This document shows, in pieces, positions 11,901 to 20,236 of a stretch of 64,000 nt of DNA. The notes beneath the pieces are model-generated. The model had not been told where the DNA came from. It searched no databases and was given only the letters and a program-made list of their open reading frames with translations. Source of the DNA: Pseudomonas phage PhiPA3; the sequence record HQ630627.1; one strand, given 5' to 3'. How positions within the stretch are numbered: position 1 is the first letter of the stretch; each line of letters begins with the position of its first letter. A program made the translations under genes and the position numbers.

Positions 11901-12944
11901 ACGTCTAATGCATCTGGTTGGTTCCAGTTCATTAACAGTACTTGGGACGGCATGATCAAGAAGTACTCGGCTAAGTATGGTTTACCCGCCGATACGCCAC
12001 AGCGGAGTCTCCGGATGGATCCTCGGATCAACGCCCTGATGGGTGCCGAGTTCGTCAAAGAGAACTTCACGATCCTGCAAAATGCGTTGGGTCGTGCTCC
12101 GACTGACGTTGATCTGTACGTTGCACACTTCATGGGGCCATACGGCGCTAAGAAGTTCCTGATGAAAGATCAGAACTCCATCGGTGCCGCTGTATTCCCG
12201 AAAGAAGCCGCTGCTAACCGGACAATCTTCTACAAGAACAAAGGTACTGGTCCTGCCCGTACCCTTGGTGAAATCTATCAGACCTTCGAATCCTTGGTCG
12301 CTCGTTTCCGTAAGATGGCGGGTGGTACCGGTTCGGACGTTAAGATGCCACAACAGCCTGGTGAAGAGAAATCTTCTCAGGAACTTGCTGAAGAACAATC
12401 CAAGCAGGCTGCAAAATCTGGGAGTGCAGCAATTAGTGCATGGGATGTGGATACCTCTGACAATGCCAGTGATGCTGCCGTCGCAAGATCGGAAGCCTAT
12501 CTGGCAAATCAGGGTAAACCACAAGTACCGGTTTTACCGGGTATTACCCCCATGTCCACTGCGCCTGTACCGGCTGGCACTACATCGCCAGATGGTACGC
12601 AGACTGGTGCAACGCCATCTGCGGATTCAGGCGTGAGTGTGGCTGCTGCTGGTACGAATGCACGTGTGGAAGCTGCACAACAGCAAAACACCATTCGCCA
12701 GCATGAGATTCGTCAATCGCAACAAGTTCAACAGAAAGCAATTGATGTGCAAGGTGAGCAACTCGCAATCCTCATCCAGATTCGAGATCATCTCGCTATT
12801 CTGGTTGCCGCTGCACAATCAAAAGGTTCTATTGAACAGCAACAGGTACAGACCGGCAGTGCAGGAGGCGGTAATAATATGACCTCTACTCAACGCACCA
12901 GCCGGCCGGCCCTTGATCGGCCATCACCGCTGAAGCTGCAATAA
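5985..12944 (+). CDS. Giant virion-associated protein with C-terminal lytic transglycosylase (SLT/GH23) domain, phiKZ gp181-like
   Basis: 2323-aa ORF. SLT motifs CAIESSFDWNARA..SNASGWFQFINSTW..AHFMGPYGAKKF at about nt 11800-12250. Start ambiguous between ATG 5973 and ATG 5985; the latter has a GGAG 5 nt upstream. Confidence 0.8.
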   Translation: MASKKTTLPKPKGINPQGSIVQLDLDDFDDLFDEDFGLPKKNSPYTDFKSGLKSGFLDKFKTTTVLKNFLRHAAPDGFNRLFGVYDDLVTSAKDIKDSVERTNAADLDYLGRKAKSYLPYLEKHIPNTLYKSMDEGLSRKLEQYNYEMEAGRDQIAIRKRAQQAADENEIKAALDQNTLVSKENFQRSEQGIIKRAAMEKAERNIRDKISAGRFDFTSRAMSMAVDSLTRISAYHEQVSYGMQRKSLELQFRSYLGIRDLVRLTEANMELQDRAFQALVRNTGIPEHKKAGMGSGLLGFGDGRGNASFAKALAGAAFSTLPGFMGNWGGQVEDRVKKSLSGRLADIVSAARMGEGAGSFWDQRYNLAGMMAGEFGSDVINDHIAPWLGSKLRPGATRLAQRFGGRHNQLNYTLDNIPAFLQEFVNNSQNQYGWKGTVRDMIAPFIPQFSLKDRLDNGTYQTIDQQTAFNQLTQRSITEVIPGLLSRAVQELRMIRTGRNDVEREVFDITTGKFTVEKTAQDNVMHRVIPKTAIRNTSGMINDALNNLDQEGQLSPAARKALSERLLRDASTNRRFDPNAYIRAGGYADGLSPDVTNELSQFFRGKFQFDDKGKMTDTAANHQLRDEWSRAFLDIRSVSRDPIKEIHRLVNAGHTESLRMLGIIVTEQGQDKINYNRVWEILRSGVSDNNPYAGGPMPDPEQTGTPGDKGFVGPAYPGAAKAGALNAMVRFRRKYAPEEQRARDEWNKFANNMRGRYGSAADQIREAGGFGDWTNSMYGRYSPKVSGMATDVVERAKAFAERHKPGAVDSMMSRAKALAGNFFPNGLSAGGVLDAAMGYGKSAYSQAMSQMPGMNDAAGSYVQEGMNKIMDLYSKFDPKVPLIKGTDFIQGKLIDLNTKKVITKPSDITGAVINMAGMTVLTAQEAANGLFDITGQMVIKTLTNNGDISNAVSKNTGGMGAAANDAENPNEEKDLEEQDWCIDGDPDPIITSRGLKNGSYFDSVTGDVVTKLNEVKGDILDKFGNIVATAKELAVGLISRKTGKRWRLKKGPKAILNIMGKLGKFGNMTAHQAAWGMIKFGAKAALGIASKAFNFVVETQNAYLPDSDDPVFERRKCHNGEYFDEKGNVIENFADVYGQIYDAKGEPILPLEQFKDLINYDGTKHILAKNKKLIRRTLNRGIRALRKKYVNMSKRYWKWLGRTSAKLAPKVGRKLLGGFASAGGAIMNRLVERVPYEDFETTDQVLLGQILETLRGTQEQQVREGSWQDQAAKKAEAAERESLFGSLGGRKGEGDQEKAQNIFMRGLTKGLQSVFSKITGKDADEDSGIMDLILGGGKKGGGKGRLGGMLARAAPYAAAGAATAVGTAITAKKFNDQGFDGKESGLLTALSATAPGKLMTDWIIAPTMLKFKNVDKLTKPFILLRMAQYGITDLDQQSKIFTLEQEFEKSATRGERSDISMEAVGAKRVFEILDIKPDDKARIKAMADWLQLRFRPIFNAYLNALHSVDKDNINVTEMDDKLPNELKGAVLEKVKFPMLGDTPYQYRMSPFDPEGKLEDTTADITERFEKYTKMFAGVKALALANKNKVARDKAMAGEAASTVQDAAKKAVDTAVKGSPLSMVAPGVPSPLAPVDPKSKMQLKTALGGTAVITGVGKLGSSLTGLQAIRMRAYGLQTMAYSDVQALLSLEARFVEGLKISNGEANYTGDTEDLIQTTAPLFGKDPSDGSKDRVGYVNWLLYRFAPAFRAYMLASSQFAPSANLNGLESKLKPGDKVTVANAVLGAADGGNSVWKQASIFEIKGDPEDLKKLAEADLEHLKQEAEKDIAASPTQSAGSQAAGKAAADAGGSFADKAVSSIKNAWEKTKDTAATAWQNTKNAVSAGVDNVMDMKDAATYRMGLAGEVKATGNTYGSLAQGNGGQWEQIPMPKQNKSAAAARETLSVVAQMVGVPVELLMIFCAIESSFDWNARAGTSNASGWFQFINSTWDGMIKKYSAKYGLPADTPQRSLRMDPRINALMGAEFVKENFTILQNALGRAPTDVDLYVAHFMGPYGAKKFLMKDQNSIGAAVFPKEAAANRTIFYKNKGTGPARTLGEIYQTFESLVARFRKMAGGTGSDVKMPQQPGEEKSSQELAEEQSKQAAKSGSAAISAWDVDTSDNASDAAVARSEAYLANQGKPQVPVLPGITPMSTAPVPAGTTSPDGTQTGATPSADSGVSVAAAGTNARVEAAQQQNTIRQHEIRQSQQVQQKAIDVQGEQLAILIQIRDHLAILVAAAQSKGSIEQQQVQTGSAGGGNNMTSTQRTSRPALDRPSPLKLQ

Positions 12945-12948
12945 CTTT

Positions 12949-12979
12949 GAGGCCACTCCTTCGGGGGTGGCCTTATTTC
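12949..12979 (+). terminator. Intrinsic terminator hairpin GGCCACtcc-TTCG-ggGGTGGCC followed by TTATTTCG
   Basis: Perfect stem with UUCG loop and a T-rich tail, right after the stop of the 2323-aa gene. Confidence 0.65.
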
Positions 12980-12995
12980 GTCAAAGGAAACCAAC

Positions 12996-14972
12996 ATGGC
13001 AACCGATATAAAACCAATTTGGTTACGACAAGCCTTTCTGTTGCCCGTATCCGACAACAAGAAACACTTCGGCTCTGGCACTCGCCGCCGCTATGCTAAC
13101 TCAGCAGCATTTAAATTCACCAACACCACATTAGGTGGTAGCTTCGCTATTAACATGTTACCCCAATACACCAGGTATGCAGACATTCGTCAACCTGGTC
13201 GGGGTCGAACATACGAACAACGTTTCGATGGCATGGGGCGGTATTATTCCGAAGCTCATGATGACACCAAGCAAGAACTACACATGTCGTTCGGTGTGCC
13301 ACGTTTTAGTAGTTGGTCTGGATTCTTCACGAACTTCTACGACCGCTCAGCTGCTGCATTAGCCAACACCGGTGTAGCTGGTGGAGCTTGGTATAACTTG
13401 GGTAACGTTGGCGGGTTATTGGTTACATTACCACTGCAACCGTTTATCCTGGGTATTACAGGCGTTTCTAAAGTTATCTCGTTCCTGTCCAAGACTCAGC
13501 CCTCTAAATGGTTCTATTTCAAACCGACCATGCACGCATATTGGTCAGCGGTTAATACCTTGGCAAACGAATTTGCTATCGGCCTTGGTATCACCCCATG
13601 GGTTTGGGATAACACAGCTAAACCACTGACTGATCCAGGTCAATCGGTTTCGGAAGAAGACGTTAAAGGAATGCACAAAATCTTCCCAGGGTTATTCCGT
13701 GAAGATGGTGGTGTAGACATTATGGCTCTTGCTGGTCGTACACAGCGAATGTCTGACCAAGCACAGCAAAACTTTAAGGCCATCGCTGAGAAAGCCGAAT
13801 CCATTGAAGCACTGCAAGCGGCGGTGGATGAAGAATACTCCAAGATGCCTGACGACCCAGGCGCTGGTGCAGATGCTCGTAAATACTTCCTTGATTATCT
13901 AAAAGCAGATAACCGCGCAGCAGACGACTCTGGTATCGTAGATACGGAATCGTTTAGTACGTGGAAAGACCTCAAAGGAGTTTACGACTTCGTGGTCGGT
14001 GCACAACACGACGGCATGCAATTTGTTACTCTGCGTGCTGATTATAATGGGGAGGTTTCCGAATCTTTCAGCAACTCCACACGCGATGTTGGTGTCGCTC
14101 AAACCCTGAATACTAAGGTGGGGGAAGGGCGCGCCGCTTCATTTGACTTCATGGGTGGTAACATCACTGAAGGGGTTGGAGCAGCTGTGGACATGGTCAA
14201 GAGTTTTGTTTCTGGGGCACTGGATACTATCAACATGAATGGTCTGGCTACGTTAGCGGGCGCTGCATTTGTTGATGTACCGGAATACTGGGACAGTGCA
14301 ATGGCATCTTTGCCGTCAGCACAATACACGATTCCCTTGATCAGTCCGTATGGTAATGTTATCTCCCGTTTCATGAATATCTACATTCCGCTGGCTATGA
14401 TTCTCCCGATGGGCTTGCCCCGTTCGGCTGGTCGTTCAGCGTACACAGCTCCGTTCATTTGTCAGATCTACCACAAAGGTCGCGTACAAAGACAACTGGG
14501 CATCGTAGATTCTATACAGATTCGTCGTGGTGTAGGTAATGTCGGCTGGAACGCCGAGCATCAGATGCTCGGTTGTGAAGTTACCATCAGTGTCAAAGAC
14601 CTCTCTAAGCTCATGCACATCCCAATCAAAGGTGGCTTCGCTAGTCCGTCATGGCTAGGTACAGTTACTCGGGGTGCGGTAGCAGAGCTTGCTGACCTGG
14701 CTGGTGGTGAGGGCGCACAAGCTGCTGCCATTGCCTTAACCAACGGCGCGGTCTGGGATGAACAGAGTTTGTTCAACGACTACGTTGCAACACTGTGTTC
14801 TCAATCCTGGGCTGATCTGTATTACGCTGGAAAGCGTTTAAACCTCAATATCACTCGTGTAACGCAAGATTTCAAATCTTGGAAGTCCCCATCCAACTTC
14901 ATGAGTTGGGTACTGGACGGCGAGGTTGCACGGACGGTCTCTGCATTCATGCAGACAACTGATCGCTTCTAA
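12996..14972 (+). CDS. Hypothetical virion structural protein (658 aa)
   Basis: Long ORF with SD AAAGGAAACCAAC-ATG. Lies in a structural gene block after the gp181-like gene. No recognisable motif. Confidence 0.5.
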   Translation: MATDIKPIWLRQAFLLPVSDNKKHFGSGTRRRYANSAAFKFTNTTLGGSFAINMLPQYTRYADIRQPGRGRTYEQRFDGMGRYYSEAHDDTKQELHMSFGVPRFSSWSGFFTNFYDRSAAALANTGVAGGAWYNLGNVGGLLVTLPLQPFILGITGVSKVISFLSKTQPSKWFYFKPTMHAYWSAVNTLANEFAIGLGITPWVWDNTAKPLTDPGQSVSEEDVKGMHKIFPGLFREDGGVDIMALAGRTQRMSDQAQQNFKAIAEKAESIEALQAAVDEEYSKMPDDPGAGADARKYFLDYLKADNRAADDSGIVDTESFSTWKDLKGVYDFVVGAQHDGMQFVTLRADYNGEVSESFSNSTRDVGVAQTLNTKVGEGRAASFDFMGGNITEGVGAAVDMVKSFVSGALDTINMNGLATLAGAAFVDVPEYWDSAMASLPSAQYTIPLISPYGNVISRFMNIYIPLAMILPMGLPRSAGRSAYTAPFICQIYHKGRVQRQLGIVDSIQIRRGVGNVGWNAEHQMLGCEVTISVKDLSKLMHIPIKGGFASPSWLGTVTRGAVAELADLAGGEGAQAAAIALTNGAVWDEQSLFNDYVATLCSQSWADLYYAGKRLNLNITRVTQDFKSWKSPSNFMSWVLDGEVARTVSAFMQTTDRF

Positions 14973-14982
14973 AGGAAAAACT

Positions 14983-15351
14983 ATGTCTCTTCTGAAAACC
15001 ATCGGTCTTAAACTCATTGGCGCCAAAGGCATTGCCGAAATTGAAAGCGCTGCCATTGCTTCGGCTGCAAGTGGCATCATCTCCAAAGCGGTAGATGAGG
15101 CAACCCCACGCATCACCCGTGAAGCTATTGCCGCTCAAACCTACACCGAACTGCGTGTACGCCTCCTTAGTAAACTTCTGGGTGGCGAAGACAATGTAAT
15201 TAGCTGGGCTGATAAAGTAGCCGAATCTAAGCTCCAAAACAAAAATCCGGTGGTGCTGCGTAGCAAGCTAGTGAAAGAACTCAAGGAAATCACAGGCGAT
15301 AGCACTCGTGCTGGCGCTACTGCTGATCTGCTCCTTGATTCCCTGAAGTAA
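14983..15351 (+). CDS. Hypothetical protein (122 aa, Ala-rich helical)
   Basis: ATG at 14983 with AAAGGAAAAACT upstream. The track ORF 14926.. extends it 5' in frame. Confidence 0.5.
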   Translation: MSLLKTIGLKLIGAKGIAEIESAAIASAASGIISKAVDEATPRITREAIAAQTYTELRVRLLSKLLGGEDNVISWADKVAESKLQNKNPVVLRSKLVKELKEITGDSTRAGATADLLLDSLK

Positions 15352-15362
15352 GGAGAGACCGA

Positions 15363-15848
15363 GTGCTTCATTTCATCACCCCAATGATTCAAGCGTGTCG
15401 AGCTGTATTTGACAAAGAAGCTCTGAAGAAGAGTATCACGAACAAATTGACGAAAGAAGACGTCAAGCAATTGGCGCTCCAACGTCTGTCTCGTGAAGAG
15501 ACTGCACAGCTGGCTGCGAAAGCACACGGTCACGCTAGTTTCGAACAACTGATCGAGCAGTGGAACACCAGTTTATTGGGGCGCCCTGAAGCACTTGAAC
15601 ATCAAGCTCGTAGTGTGATCCTGCGTAATTGTCCTGATGCTCGTGCTTCGGACTCCTTTGAGCAATTTACTCTCCGGGCATTGGTTAGCGATACACTACT
15701 CGCTGAGCAAACAATGAAGAACATGCTCAAGAAGAAATCCTATGTACTGACAGCAGTCAAATATCGTCTGCCAGGCATTACCAAATCCGAAGCAAACCTG
15801 ATGGTTGAACTCCTGGTTCAACTGTCCAAAACTTACAGGGGCAATTAA
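15363..15848 (+). CDS. Hypothetical protein (161 aa)
   Basis: GTG start with AAGGAGAG 6 nt upstream. ORF abuts the next gene. Confidence 0.45.
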   Translation: MLHFITPMIQACRAVFDKEALKKSITNKLTKEDVKQLALQRLSREETAQLAAKAHGHASFEQLIEQWNTSLLGRPEALEHQARSVILRNCPDARASDSFEQFTLRALVSDTLLAEQTMKNMLKKKSYVLTAVKYRLPGITKSEANLMVELLVQLSKTYRGN

Positions 15849-16417
15849 TGAAAGGCATGAATTGGGCACTGAGTCTTGAGGACCAAGAAGGTCAGGCTCA
15901 AGAAGTAGACGTGAATAACGTCGAATCGGAAACCGAGGTAAAGGATCTCGATCAGGGCAATCTGGATGTAGACAACGCCAACAAGGAATCTCAGCCTGAT
16001 ACGGTCCATGCGGATACTGAGGGCGATGTCTCCAACGAAGAGGCTACCTACGCTGCTGCAACGGGTGCATCTACTATCGAAGCTTTCGCTCCCGATAAAT
16101 ACGGTTGTCCCAAGCGTTTCGTCCTGTCAGGCTTTGATGCTTCCAGCAACCCGGCAGCTGATATCAATGACAACAAGCTCCAGTGCGTACTGCTGATGCA
16201 AAACGGTACGCTACCGGAAGTAGGTAAGAATGGTATCACTGCTGAAGATCTTCTGCGTGTTGTTGAAGAGCTTTTCGTGGGCTATCAATCAGGTCCGTTT
16301 GCGTGTGAAGAGAACGAGTCTGTTCTGTTCCATGTTCGTGCCGCTCAAGCGAAGATTCAGGCTCGTCTGTATCGTCGTCGTGAGGAAGGTACTGAAGGGA
16401 CCTACCAGGGTCACTAA
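15848..16417 (+). CDS. Hypothetical protein with strongly acidic N-terminal third (189 aa)
   Basis: ORF start overlaps the upstream stop (TAATG). Followed by a terminator. Confidence 0.5.
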   Translation: MKGMNWALSLEDQEGQAQEVDVNNVESETEVKDLDQGNLDVDNANKESQPDTVHADTEGDVSNEEATYAAATGASTIEAFAPDKYGCPKRFVLSGFDASSNPAADINDNKLQCVLLMQNGTLPEVGKNGITAEDLLRVVEELFVGYQSGPFACEENESVLFHVRAAQAKIQARLYRRREEGTEGTYQGH

Positions 16418-16427
16418 CGACATAAAT

Positions 16428-16450
16428 GCCCAGCTCAGGCTGGGCTTTAT
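16428..16450 (+). terminator. Intrinsic terminator GCCCAGC-TCAG-GCTGGGC + TTTATG
   Basis: 7-bp GC stem with a tetraloop and a T tract. Confidence 0.65.
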
Positions 16451-16463
16451 GCCATTGTAAAAA

Positions 16464-16482
16464 GTTTCAAATCTATATTACA
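16464..16482 (+). promoter_or_regulatory. Promoter-like motif copy 1 (GTTTCAAATCTATATTAC...TTTGAATTG)
   Basis: One of 4 near-identical AT-rich motifs, each 30-50 bp upstream of a plus-strand gene start. This copy is directly downstream of a terminator. Confidence 0.5.
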
Positions 16483-16512
16483 GATTTGAATTGAAACCAT
16501 TGAGGCTTTACC

Positions 16513-17046
16513 ATGGCACTGTCTGATTGCTATCAATGTTGGGAAACACCCTGTAAATGTGGTCATGACTACATGGATTGGACAGAGAAAGATCTGAAGG
16601 GGCAAATCGCAATGCTTCAAGGTGTTCTCCATTCCAAGCAAACCAAAGAAGCCAGCAAACTAGCTGGTGAGGAAATGGTGCGCTACGAGATCCGTGATCT
16701 CATTCCTGTCCGGGTGAAGTACTATCACGGCACCTCTGTAAAGGTACAGGCTCTGGATGCACCGACATACTCGATGTTTAAACACCGTCGTCTACAGGAA
16801 ACCTCTGGGCATTTCCAGTTCGATCCAGCTGATGGTAAATGCATATCTGGTTCCGGGGATAAACCCTGGGCTTTCTCGGTGTCGATCAAGATCGGCGAAG
16901 GACCTGACGATTGGACGTATTCGCTGAGTGCATTCAACACCAACGAATTCGCCGCGCCGCATTACGACGCTAATATTCGGGTAGAATTCATCATTCGGGA
17001 TCGTGTCGTGTACTTACCCAAATGTACCTTGCTGGAGCCGGAATGA
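16513..17046 (+). CDS. Hypothetical protein (177 aa)
   Basis: ORF with SD TGAGG. First gene after the promoter-like motif. Confidence 0.55.
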   Translation: MALSDCYQCWETPCKCGHDYMDWTEKDLKGQIAMLQGVLHSKQTKEASKLAGEEMVRYEIRDLIPVRVKYYHGTSVKVQALDAPTYSMFKHRRLQETSGHFQFDPADGKCISGSGDKPWAFSVSIKIGEGPDDWTYSLSAFNTNEFAAPHYDANIRVEFIIRDRVVYLPKCTLLEPE

Positions 17047-17405
17047 ATTCACAATTGATCATCTACATCGTGAATGGGGCATATACCCGAGAGCAGATTG
17101 AAGCGCACAGCAAAGTCCCTTTCGTGGAAAACCTATCCGAAGCGGCTGATCAACCAGTGGTGTTCACTCCATATACCCGAAGTAAGGTAATTAGGTACAG
17201 ACAAGAGAATAGAATCAATCTGTTTCTCACCCCGGACTTTGATAAGTCGATTTCGATGCTGCACGAGAACCATGGGCGTTACTTCCAGATAAGTCTCTTG
17301 GGTATCAAGGACTATAACGACAATTGCAATATGGTTCCACTGGGAATCGAACATCTGAATATGTTTGATGAAACATACGAACGGAAGATGAAGGAAAAAC
17401 GATGA
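17043..17405 (+). CDS. Paralog family member 1 (about 120 aa), hypothetical
   Basis: ATGA overlap with the upstream stop. N-terminus MNSQLIIYIVNGAYTREQIEAHSKVPFVENL is paralogous to the next two genes. Confidence 0.55.
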   Translation: MNSQLIIYIVNGAYTREQIEAHSKVPFVENLSEAADQPVVFTPYTRSKVIRYRQENRINLFLTPDFDKSISMLHENHGRYFQISLLGIKDYNDNCNMVPLGIEHLNMFDETYERKMKEKR

Positions 17406-17737
17406 CACTCAAAGCGATTGTCTACATCCACAACAATGCTTTCACTCCGGAGCAGATTGCTGAGTTCAGCAAAGTTCCGTACATGGAAGTCATTGACCTG
17501 AACACCACCCACCCCATGGTGTTCACTCCGTACAGCTCCGACCTGATCATCCAATACAAGAACACGATCCCGTACCAGATGATTGTTTCGGTGGACCCAA
17601 CCCCCGAGCAAGAAAAAGAGCTGCGGCAGCATACCCTGAAAGATGGGATTTACAGCCTGAGCTACGTCACGGGTGAGATCAATCAGGACCAGTTCCTGAT
17701 GTGGGACGCTGAATACGACAACATGGCGGCGGTGTAA
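17402..17737 (+). CDS. Paralog family member 2 (111 aa), hypothetical
   Basis: ATGA overlap. MTLKAIVYIHNNAFTPEQIAEFSKVPYMEV..PMVFTPY. Confidence 0.6.
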   Translation: MTLKAIVYIHNNAFTPEQIAEFSKVPYMEVIDLNTTHPMVFTPYSSDLIIQYKNTIPYQMIVSVDPTPEQEKELRQHTLKDGIYSLSYVTGEINQDQFLMWDAEYDNMAAV

Positions 17738-17739
17738 GT

Positions 17740-18096
17740 ATGAAACTCAAGGCAGTGCTGTATGTGGTCAATGACGCATTGACCAAAGAAGAGATCGTTG
17801 AGCACACGAAGATCCCATTCGTTGAGAACGTAGATCTGGAAACGGAACATCCGATCGTAGCTACGCCGTATAATGCGGAGAAAGTCAAATCTCACCAAAG
17901 CGTCGTACAGTATCAGTGCTTCATTGCCCACGAGTATGAAACCACTGAGAAACTGCTGAACGAGGAGCTGGGTGAACGTCCGCGTAATACCACTTATATC
18001 ACCTATCATGGGTCGGATGTACCTGGTAAACGTCTTAGCCCAGGTCACCTGGATGCCTGGAACTTTGAGTACGATCGTCTTCTGAATGAGAGTTGA
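17740..18096 (+). CDS. Paralog family member 3 (118 aa), hypothetical
   Basis: MKLKAVLYVVNDALTKEEIVEHTKIPFVENV..PIVATPY. Confidence 0.6.
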   Translation: MKLKAVLYVVNDALTKEEIVEHTKIPFVENVDLETEHPIVATPYNAEKVKSHQSVVQYQCFIAHEYETTEKLLNEELGERPRNTTYITYHGSDVPGKRLSPGHLDAWNFEYDRLLNES

Positions 18097-18119
18097 ACTA
18101 ACTCAACTCAGAGGCTACC

Positions 18120-18368
18120 ATGAAGGAATTCATTGTTCTCAACGAAGAAAAGATCCAATTCGAAATCAAGCGATTCCCTATTGAGAAGGCAGTAGAGGAA
18201 TCGGCCTGGCAGAACTTCGTTCACGATCTCAATAACGAGGTCGTGGAATACGAAGACTGGGAGGTGGAACAAGAGATCTACTTCGAAGAGGCAAGAGAAA
18301 TACTCACCAAGTTCGGGCAGAACTATATCCCAGAACCCGGTGAGTGCATCATCGCTGTACAACCATAA
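18120..18368 (+). CDS. Hypothetical small acidic protein (82 aa)
   Basis: ORF with SD AGAGGC. Confidence 0.45.
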   Translation: MKEFIVLNEEKIQFEIKRFPIEKAVEESAWQNFVHDLNNEVVEYEDWEVEQEIYFEEAREILTKFGQNYIPEPGECIIAVQP

Positions 18369-18398
18369 CACATCGATATAACACAAGGAATTACTCAC

Positions 18399-18809
18399 AT
18401 GTCCAAAGATCTGAAGAGCGTTGCTTTCGCGGAAGAACACCTGAAAGGCGTAGTCACCCTGGACGACGCCAATCGCCTGACCGGCCTCGATGACCTGTAC
18501 GAGAAGCACGTACTCGAACCCCTGGGTCTGACCCTGGAGATCGAGAACAAGCGTGAGAAGGCGGCCGCTGAGCTCTTCGCTGGCGTTACTTATCACGCCG
18601 GTGAACTCTTTGCCGGCGCCATGAAACAGGACCCGAACATCAGCGAACTGGCGTTCAGCTACCCCATGGGCAAACACGCCACCGCATCTGGCGTGTTCAA
18701 CCGTGAAGGCAGCCATGTCGTGCTGGCAATGACCAGCAAATGGGAAACCGCCGAAATGAAACGTGTGGTGGCCCACGTCAACACTCTGTTCGACGAAATC
18801 AGCAACTAA
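18399..18809 (+). CDS. Hypothetical protein (136 aa) in a GC-rich island (about 59% GC)
   Basis: ORF with SD AAGGAA. Strong G/C third-position codon bias unlike its neighbours. Confidence 0.55.
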   Translation: MSKDLKSVAFAEEHLKGVVTLDDANRLTGLDDLYEKHVLEPLGLTLEIENKREKAAAELFAGVTYHAGELFAGAMKQDPNISELAFSYPMGKHATASGVFNREGSHVVLAMTSKWETAEMKRVVAHVNTLFDEISN

Positions 18810-18816
18810 TGGTTGT

Positions 18817-18860
18817 GGGGTACCTTCGGGTACCCCATTACTCTTTTAATTTTTTGAAGG
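18817..18860 (+). terminator. Intrinsic terminator GGGGTACC-TTCG-GGTACCCC + T-rich tail
   Basis: 8-bp perfect stem with UUCG loop, followed by ATTACTCTTTTAATTTTTTG. Confidence 0.7.
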
Positions 18861-18867
18861 AAATACA

Positions 18868-19956
18868 ATGTTCAATCCGGCAGTTCAAAAGTTTGTTGTT
18901 CTGGAAGGTGATGAATTCTCTGGTAAGAGTTCGGTTCGCAAAGCGCTGGTCGAGCGACTGGAAGCTCTCAATGTCCCGCATCAAGTTTTCCGTGAACCGG
19001 GCGGTACTCCGTTCGGTGAAGAGATCCGTGAGATCCTGCTGCGCAAAGGCGATGAACAGATCAACCAAGTCTCCGACATTCTACTGCACCAAGCCTACCG
19101 TGCCCAGAATGTCCGTGAGATTATCAAGCCGGCTCTGGAAGCGGGTAAGCTGGTCCTGTCTGAACGCTTCATTATTTCCACTTACTGTCTGAACGTCGTA
19201 CCGTATCTGGAAACCAATCCAGAACTGCAAGACCTGTTCATGGGTACCCTGCCGTTCGTAACTCAAGGTATTCCAGAACCGATTACTTTCATGCTGCGTC
19301 TACCCGAAGAAGAGCGGATGAAGCGTGCTGACGGGCGCAAGCTCGATCGTTATGAAGATATGCCTGCCGATCACGTAGCTAAAGTTTCTAAGGCCTACCG
19401 TGAGCTGCAATTGCCAAGCATGGTTGAAGTTGATGCTACACAATCGATCGAAAAGATCGTTGACTTCATTCTGGACGTGCTGACCCAATTCGACGATCGA
19501 GAAACTCAACGGCTGGCGGACGAAGCGCAGCGTAAAGCACTAATGGCTGAGGCCGAAGTGCCGACCCCAGAAGAACCAGTTGCAAAAGGTTCCAGTGAAG
19601 CTGAAGAATCTCAGCCGTTTGATCTGGAAACCGCGCTGGAAGCCTACGCCCAGACCAATATCGTTCCTGAACTGTTCCCGCGTCTTACCCAAGAAGGCGA
19701 CGCTGAATATCAAGCCAATGCTATGAAGTACTGGCGCGAACTCGCTAAGAAAATCGTAGCCAAGATCTTCAAGCAAACCGGGGAGGACCAGTCGATCTTC
19801 CAACCTCACCGAGTCGGTCAACTGAACAGCGAGATCCATTCTCTGTTCCATTACCATGCACGCTTCGAGTACATGATGGATGAACTCCGAAAAGACGGAG
19901 CGTTCGGTGAGGACTCCACTGAGACTGGAGTCACGATTGAAGACCCTGCTGTCTGA
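18868..19956 (+). CDS. tmk: Thymidylate kinase with about 150-aa C-terminal extension
   Basis: P-loop VLEGDEFSGKSS, REPGGTPFGEEIR and a LID-like region. 362 aa against about 210 for typical Tmk. Confidence 0.8.
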   Translation: MFNPAVQKFVVLEGDEFSGKSSVRKALVERLEALNVPHQVFREPGGTPFGEEIREILLRKGDEQINQVSDILLHQAYRAQNVREIIKPALEAGKLVLSERFIISTYCLNVVPYLETNPELQDLFMGTLPFVTQGIPEPITFMLRLPEEERMKRADGRKLDRYEDMPADHVAKVSKAYRELQLPSMVEVDATQSIEKIVDFILDVLTQFDDRETQRLADEAQRKALMAEAEVPTPEEPVAKGSSEAEESQPFDLETALEAYAQTNIVPELFPRLTQEGDAEYQANAMKYWRELAKKIVAKIFKQTGEDQSIFQPHRVGQLNSEIHSLFHYHARFEYMMDELRKDGAFGEDSTETGVTIEDPAV

Positions 19957-19978
19957 ACCATACACAGCAGTACTTGCT

Positions 19979-20236
19979 ATGGATCGGCAAGATAACTATA
20001 AGCCAACGCCAATGACCACTAAACATGTTCGGCGGGACAATCTATGGCGCTTTATTAATGAAGAGTTCAAAGCCTTCGCTAATGGAGTGCCAGTTCGCGT
20101 CATCTTACAAGATGTAACCAAGCACAACGCCGTTGTGGCTAACTACTACCACCGCAGGGATTCGTACACAGTGAAGATTAGCTCTTTCCTGCAAAACTAC
20201 CTGCACGTCGATAAAAACATAGGAATCGTTAGCTAA
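19979..20236 (+). CDS. Hypothetical protein (85 aa)
   Basis: In-frame ATG at 19979. The track ORF starts earlier and overlaps tmk. Confidence 0.35.
   Translation: MDRQDNYKPTPMTTKHVRRDNLWRFINEEFKAFANGVPVRVILQDVTKHNAVVANYYHRRDSYTVKISSFLQNYLHVDKNIGIVS

Noticed and set aside
18108-18776. 222-aa minus-strand ORF
   Set aside because: It overlaps two SD-preceded plus-strand genes and falls in the 59% GC island, where stop-poor antisense frames are expected.
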